This document shows, piece by piece, positions 57,407 through 64,000 of a DNA stretch of 64,000 nt (the stretch's first letter is position 1; each line of letters begins with the position of its first letter). The stretch comes from Adineta vaga (lineage: Eukaryota > Animalia > Rotifera). The stretch is from positions 7,564,001 to 7,628,000 of the forward strand of contig CP075494.1 of assembly GCA_021613535.1 (NCBI GenBank), given 5' to 3'. The position numbers and the translations under genes were made by a program. The notes under the pieces were generated by a model. That model did no database searches. It saw nothing but the letters and a program-made list of their open reading frames with translations, and had not been told where the DNA came from.

Positions 57407-59350
57407 ATGGCTTTAAAATCAAGATTATATTCACACTTTCGTACTCCACATATTGGTCATATTGGAAATGTTATCGAGATAATTAATATTGTTATTTTGG
57501 ATATTGACAATCACTCATTTATACCAAATGATCGACGATTTCAAGTTAAAATATTCACCAAAGATGAGATTAATGATTTTTTGGACTATATCTCTAAAAT
57601 CAAAGATGTATATTTGTTTATCTCAGATATCAATTGTAATGTATTTATTTCAATATTTCATGACTGGCCAGAAATAAAATTAATTTATTTGTTATTTAAT
57701 AATGAATTTAATCAAAATCATTTATATGAAAACAAAAAAGTACGTGGAATTTTTAGGCATGTCGATGTTATGAAACAGCAGTTTTACCAAGATATTACAA
57801 CGTTAAATCATTTCTTTTACTCTGAAGAAAGAAATTTTCAATATATAGACGAACAAAATGTTCTATCTCTTTGGTGGAATTTTTTTCATAAATTCATCCA
57901 ATATATTCAATACACGAATATTGACAAAAATGAATTCATTGAAACAGCACGAAAAAATTCAATTGATGAACGTGAACTAAAAAGTATTGAAGATTTTGAA
58001 AAAAACTATACACTAAATAATGCAGTTTATTGGTACACAGTTGATGATGTTTTTCTTCGTTTAGTCGAACGGATACGTCGAAATTCAACAGATTTAAATA
58101 CTATATTTAAACTTCGAATAGTTTTTAATGGTTTTGCTGCGCAATTAAAAACTGCAATGTTATATCCTGATTTCTGGCCTAATAATTATATTACTGTGTA
58201 TCGTGGTGAAGTGCTATGCGAAAAGGAGGCAAAACAAATAAAGTCGATTGCTGGGAAAATAATGCATTTTAAGGAACTAATTTCGACGACAACAAGCTTA
58301 TCTGTTGCAGAAGTCTTTGCTACAGTTCCATCTGGGAATATGTCATCATGTGGAGTAGTATTTGAAATAAAAATAAGTATATCTGGTATCAATAATCATT
58401 CAAGTCCGTTGGTATATATCTCCGAGAAGTGTTTCAATCAAGAATATCTAGAAGCCTCTATTTCTGCTTACTCAAAATTTTTAATTGAAGGTGTGCAATT
58501 GTATGGCGATGTTTGGTTAATCAAATTAAAACTCATCAACAATATGTGCGATGTAGATTTCGGCGAAAGAAGTATTTTTAGTCAGCATTCAGAGCAAATA
58601 TTTATTCGACATTTATCAAAAGAAAACAATCAATTTATTGCTTTTCAATTGTTAATAGATCTTTTACTTCGACTGGATCAAACATCATATGCTAAAGAAG
58701 ATTTTTTACAATTCTCCAGATCAAAATGTAAGAGTAAGCCAGCAGATCTGAGCAAAATCGAAGATTTTGAAAAAGATTATAAAGCAGAAGATGCTATTAT
58801 GTGGTATACAAAAGATTCATTTTTATATCGTTTACTAAATAAATCACTTCGTATTGAAACAATTGATCATATTGTTAAAATGAGATATTATATTCATGAT
58901 TTACATAACCAATTAGCAAAATTACAAGATAGTTTTATTCAATCATTGAATGGTTTAAAAAGTTTAGTATTATATCGAGGTTCAATTATGAAAATAAATC
59001 AATTAGAAGAACTACGAAAACATTTTGGTGGTTTCATGTCCATCAATAGTTTTATGTCAGCTACACAAGATAAACAAGTAGCTGTTATGTTTTCTGGTGA
59101 TGGTATTACAAGTGAACTCGATGAAATATCAGTGATATATGAGATACTTATTGATACAAATATTCGATCAGTACCATATGCTAAAATACAAGGCGTGATG
59201 CAAGATGAACAAGAAATATTATTTTCAATCGGAGCTATATTTAGTATTGGAATAGTTGAAGAACAGCGTGATCGTGTTTATTGTGTGAAGTTAACATTAA
59301 TCCATATGGAAGATCAATTATGGAATCGATTAACAGCACATTTAAATTAA
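57407..59350 (+). CDS. Intronless protein with two tandem ART (ADP-ribosyltransferase, R-S-E class) domains
   Basis: Repeat 1: AVYWYT..VYRG..ISTTTSLSVAEVFA..VVFEI. Repeat 2: AIMWYTKDSFLYRLLNKSLR..LYRG..FMSAT..VIYEI..DEQEILFSIGAIF. Confidence 0.78.
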   Translation: MALKSRLYSHFRTPHIGHIGNVIEIINIVILDIDNHSFIPNDRRFQVKIFTKDEINDFLDYISKIKDVYLFISDINCNVFISIFHDWPEIKLIYLLFNNEFNQNHLYENKKVRGIFRHVDVMKQQFYQDITTLNHFFYSEERNFQYIDEQNVLSLWWNFFHKFIQYIQYTNIDKNEFIETARKNSIDERELKSIEDFEKNYTLNNAVYWYTVDDVFLRLVERIRRNSTDLNTIFKLRIVFNGFAAQLKTAMLYPDFWPNNYITVYRGEVLCEKEAKQIKSIAGKIMHFKELISTTTSLSVAEVFATVPSGNMSSCGVVFEIKISISGINNHSSPLVYISEKCFNQEYLEASISAYSKFLIEGVQLYGDVWLIKLKLINNMCDVDFGERSIFSQHSEQIFIRHLSKENNQFIAFQLLIDLLLRLDQTSYAKEDFLQFSRSKCKSKPADLSKIEDFEKDYKAEDAIMWYTKDSFLYRLLNKSLRIETIDHIVKMRYYIHDLHNQLAKLQDSFIQSLNGLKSLVLYRGSIMKINQLEELRKHFGGFMSINSFMSATQDKQVAVMFSGDGITSELDEISVIYEILIDTNIRSVPYAKIQGVMQDEQEILFSIGAIFSIGIVEEQRDRVYCVKLTLIHMEDQLWNRLTAHLN

Positions 59351-59484
59351 ACTATATTCAAGCAAAATCAATCTGAGAACATTCATTTCATTTTTTTGTA
59401 GTTTTGTATCCTATTGAAAATGAAAAGTTAAAGTTAAGAAACGATATTTTCTGATCAAATTCTGATTGAGTATTTATTTACAAA

Positions 59485-60854
59485 TCAACGAAGTACATTA
59501 AGATTCACATCTCTTTGTGCATCGATTAAAACTGATGTTGTTCGTTTTTGTTTTTTCATTTCTTCGGCATAAATTCGTCGAAGAATTTGAAATGCTTCTA
59601 ATGATGCATAAGGCATTTGTGTTAATGGATCAAAATATTGTGCAGGCATTCCAGTTATTGGACATAAATGACGACGATGACGATTTGAAGTATTCAATTT
59701 AGTAAATGTGTCATTATATGTTTGTAAATGTGTAAATGAAACGAATGTTCTTGAACATCGTGCTGAATTTATTTCTAATTGGTAATTTTCATCAAGAATA
59801 TCATTCCATTGATCAATCACAGGTTCATTTAAAATTGCCATTGAACTTGTACAAATTCGTGGACATTCTTGACTTAATTTCATACGTTTAGTTTCTTTCT
59901 TCTTTAATTCAATTTGTTGATATGCCTCTATAAGAAAAATTTCCTTTCTTGTTTTTTAATATTATGACAACAAAACCTGTTTACCTAATGATTCCATATT
60001 GATTTCCTCTGGAAGAAAAAAAAATGACAACGATAAAAGTTTATAGAATTAGTTTTGTTTTATTTACCAGTTATTTTTGCTTCTTCAAGTAATTCTTCTT
60101 GAGTTAGTTTTCGTACTTCACCCGCATTTCGTAGAGATGCACCACCTTTCACATAACTACGACGTTCTTGTCGTTCTTTTTGTCGTTTTTCAAGTTCAAC
60201 ACGTTTAACACTAGTAGAATTACGTAATGTTTTTGCTTCTAAATCAGATAAAACAAAAAATCTGATTGATAAAATCATTCATTGAGTTTACCTATTCTTG
60301 GTGCATTAGCTTTTTTCTGTTGCTGTCGAGTTAATTTCGATTCACCATTTTGTTCTTGTTCTTCTTTCTTCTGAGCTTTCAACTACATAAATGAATAATC
60401 AAATAATTAAATAATTATAAAGAATAGAGAATTGATTTACTTCTTGTTGAAGACTTTGTGCTTGATAAATAACTTTCTTTCTTTTATGTTTTGTTGTTTC
60501 ATCATCATCACTACCCTCATCATCTTTACGTTTCTTCTTCGTACTTGTTTGTACTTGGCCATCTTCATCTTGTTGTTGCTGCTGCTGTTGTTGTTGTTCG
60601 TCGTCTTGATCAAAATCTGAATCGACAACATCTTCTTCGGAATCTTCTGAACGATAATCATTATCTTCTTCTTCCTAAAAATACACAACCAAAAAACCAA
60701 TGATGTTGATGACAAAACAATGTACTCTTACATCAACAAAACCACCATATGCTGAACCGTAAAATTCATCATCTGGATCTTCTTGTTGTTCAAGCAAACG
60801 TTTTAGACGATTACCAGCTGTTTGACGACGGTCTCGATCAGCAGCGAAAGTCAT
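59485..60854 (-). CDS. VPS72: VPS72/YL1, SWR1/SRCAP H2A.Z chaperone, multi-exon including a 24-nt microexon (59985-60008)
   Basis: RRQTAGNRL, DEFYGSAYGGF, DVVDSDFD, LTQEELLEEAKITEEINMESL and YL1-C domain CPITGMPAQYFDPLTQMPYA. Confidence 0.92.
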
Positions 60855-60908
60855 TTTTTTAAATATTGAATTGAATTCAATGCTTATTGTACAGTGTAAT
60901 TCCGATAA

Positions 60909-61423
60909 GCCAATGAATGAATAAAAGCTTTGAAGGTGATGATTCATTTTTTTATATTAATTGGATGAATATGTATTATACATTGAATAAATTTTTCTCT
61001 CAGATTTTTCTACAATTTGTTCAGTATTATCTTATACTTTCGTCATAGTTTTCTTGTGCTTTAATTTTATGAATTGAATAGATGTCGCAAGGAGTTCGAT
61101 AACTATTATCAAAACCGTGCGATCAATATTTCATATTCTACCATACAAAATATAGAATACAATTCGAAATTCTTATGAATAATACCTATACTTCGTTTCT
61201 TTTCAAACCATTTTACAACGAAGATTCAATTGATGAAATTGAATGTTGAAATATACGACTAGAGCCATATGCATTATCTGCTATGTTCTAAGATACAAAC
61301 ATAAAAGTTTGAGCTATATATGTTTAAGATATATTTTATTCATTTTCGAAATACGATTGTTTCATCGCATAGTTTTGCTTGCCAATGACATCTATCACTC
61401 ATTAATTTCGTCTCTCATTGGTT
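60909..61423. promoter_or_regulatory. Divergent VPS72/RAD51 promoter region with CCAAT boxes
   Basis: agccaatga at ~60909, gccaatga at 61381 and ctcattggtt at ~61414, within or bordering the ~650 bp head-to-head spacer. Confidence 0.45.
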
Positions 61424-61506
61424 TCGATACTACTTCAAGAACGAACTAAACAGTGAAGTGAATACAAAGCTCTTCACTAGTTCTAGTTCGTTTTTCTTCA
61501 ACAATC

Positions 61507-62868
61507 ATGCCACCAAAAACAAAAATTCGTGAATCTATAACTGAAAAAGAAACAGTTTCAACAACTGAAGCACCAGCTGCTGTCACTGCTGCACTTCAAG
61601 TCAACGATAGTGTATCAACGGATTGTGAAACCAGTGGACCTACACCTATAACTAAACTAGATAAAGCATGTGGTATTGGTAATGCTGATATAAAAAAATT
61701 ACAAGAAGCTGGATTTTGCACAGTAGAATCGATTGCTTTTGCACCACGAAAAAGTCTTCTAGCTGTGAAAGGTATTAGTGATGCAAAAGCTGATAAATTA
61801 GCTGTAAGTTTTTGTCATTACGAATCACTCGATTATATAATCGAGTATTTAATGTAGGCTGAAGCAGCAAAACTTGTTCCAATGGGTTTTACAACTGCAA
61901 CAGAATATCATCAAAAACGTTCGGAAATTATTCAATTAACAACTGGTTCAAAAGAACTTGATAAACAATTACAAGGTGGTTTTGAAACAGGTTCTATTAC
62001 AGAATTATATGGTGAATATCGTTGCGGCAAATCACAATTATGTCATCAAGTTGCTGTCACTTGTCAAGTACACTCATTTGCTGAAAATTGAATTTCAATT
62101 TTACTGTTCATTTTAGTTACCAATAGATATGGGTGGTGGAGAAGGAAAAGCAATCTATATAGATACAGAAGGTTCATTTCGTCCGGAACGTTTATTAGCT
62201 ATTGCTGAACGTTATGGTCTATCTGGTCAGGATGTCTTAGATAATATTGCCTATGCACGTGCTTATAATACCGATCATCAAATTCAATTGTTATATATGG
62301 CATCTGCAATGATGTGTGAATCGAGGTATCAGAAAGATCTCTATTGCTATAGATGCATATAAAGTTGTCTTCAATCTAGATATGCAGTATTGATTGTTGA
62401 TAGTGCTACGTCACTTTTTCGAACGGATTATTCTGGTCGTGGAGAATTAGCAGCAAGACAAATGCAATTAGCAAAATTTATGCGTATGTTATTACGTATT
62501 ACAGATGAGGTTCGAATGATCTGTTTGCATTCGTTCTTTCAATAAGATTGAATTGATTTTAGTTCGGTGTTGCAGTATTACTTACAAATCAAGTCGTTGC
62601 TCAAGTTGATGGTCAAGCTATGTATGGTGATCAAAAGAAGCCCATTGGTGGAAATGTAATGGCACATGCATCAACAACACGGTAGTGAAAATTTTCATTT
62701 AATTTTCATTCTAATTTTTGATGATTTTCTAGGCTTTATTTGAAAAAAGGCAAAGGTGATTCACGTATTTGCCATGTAGCCGATAGCCCATGTTTACCTG
62801 AAACTGACGCAATATTTGCTATTGGCCCAGAAGGAATTGTTGACGCAGCACCCAAAGATCTTTGTTAA
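61507..62868 (+). CDS. RAD51: DNA recombinase RAD51, multi-exon
   Basis: [16 protein letters not shown], Walker [46 protein letters not shown] and [15 protein letters not shown]; stop at 62866-62868. Confidence 0.97.
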
Positions 62869-63917
62869 TTGTATATAGATATATCTTTCGATTCTTATCC
62901 AATGACAAAATAAGTCAAAAAGTTGTGCAGATATTTCGTTTATTCGATAGTAAATTTATGTTTGTGTTTAAAAAAGATTAGTGAAAACATTTTTTGAAAA
63001 TAAAATTTTTTATATTGATGAAGAATAATTAAAAATAAGCATGTAATTGTAAGAAGATTCTGCTATTGTATTATTTATATAAGTGGAAATGTTTAATTTC
63101 TATACTTCGAAGCAAGCTTCTATGACATACTTGTTTTAATGATCTTTTCTAGTTAAAGTAATATTTATACAACAGTAATTAGTTTTTTTTTCAATATTAC
63201 TTACAGAAGGTTGCGGAGCGCTCTACTTCCTTACTTTGATGACTTATTCTTTTCGATAAAAGATCATTCACTTCTTTCACCATCATATTGTTTTTAAATG
63301 ACACCTCTGAAGAAACACGTTACATTGCGTTTCTAATCTACATTGTTTTTCAAAAAATATAAAATGTGGAATATCACGCATCTATTCAATATTTTTATCG
63401 GATAGAATTTTTTCTTAAGAAAAAAAGTCAACTTTACCTGGATTCATTGAATCTACCATCCATAAAAGTAGAAACAAGAAGAATTTCTGATATTGACATT
63501 AGTTAGGATGTTAACTCTGTCACTTTAGTGAACCGAGTAAACATGCTTTCATAGGAAGTGCAAAGATCATGATTTGGTCATTATTACATTTTTCAGAACT
63601 TTGGATTAAAATACTGAAGCAAACATAATTGATATTTTAAAATTGTAAACTATACTATAGTCGAGTTTTCCAGCTCGGAAATTCTTTTCCATTTGTCGAA
63701 GCAACTACGCTTAGGTGTGAATAAGTTGATCATTGAAGAAAACAAAAAGTAATCGAATACTTCTGTTTTAATACTAAAATAACTTCAATTCAGGTTAGTT
63801 ATTCTATTTCATTTACTAAGAAGTAAAACTATAAATGATATCTGCCTTGAGAAAGAATTTTGTTTTTCTTCTCTAGTTGAAATATCATTAATATTCAAGT
63901 AGAAAACAAAGAAGATT

Positions 63918-64000
63918 ATGTCGACGAACGGTACAGCAATGAATGCGCTATCAACAGAAACTTGGATTGTTGCTTATTATTCATTAATATTAATGATTGT
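63918..64000 (+). CDS. 5' end of a probable 7TM receptor (truncated by the window edge)
   Basis: MSTNGTAMNALSTETWIVAYYSLILMI: N-glycosylation sequon NGT followed by a hydrophobic TM1-like segment. Confidence 0.4.
   Translation, partial: MSTNGTAMNALSTETWIVAYYSLILMI

Overview
AT-rich, gene-dense eukaryotic (animal) genomic DNA with many ~50-65 nt GT-AG introns. The intron style, the intronless ADP-ribosyltransferase family and the interleaved foreign-looking genes point to a bdelloid rotifer (inference). The first ~8.7 kb is gene-poor. After it come about 21 protein genes: an orphan S/T/P-rich gene, beta-PIX/ARHGEF7, WDFY2, an intronless fungal-type S41 peptidase, HPDL, MCU, a plant-type sterol delta-7 reductase, RalGDS/RGL, a Piccolo/RIM-family gene, CDC14, DNAJB13, bacterial-type DUF962, LEG1, TSNAXIP1-like, CCDC77, VPS37, a bacterial-type GNAT with a premature stop, a RAD51AP1-like gene, atypical PKC (with a frameshift), a tandem double-ART gene, VPS72 and RAD51. 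A probable GPCR starts at the right edge. The most notable observations are: (1) a frame-preserving cassette exon that adds two C2H2 zinc fingers to CDC14; (2) a RAD51AP1-like gene ~7 kb from RAD51; (3) a tightly packed same-strand run (VPS37-GNAT-RAD51AP1-aPKC) with acceptor sites before the downstream ATGs, a candidate trans-spliced operon that has absorbed a foreign gene; and (4) several horizontal-transfer candidates. Gene models and family calls were made by eye from recalled motifs; no database searches were run.
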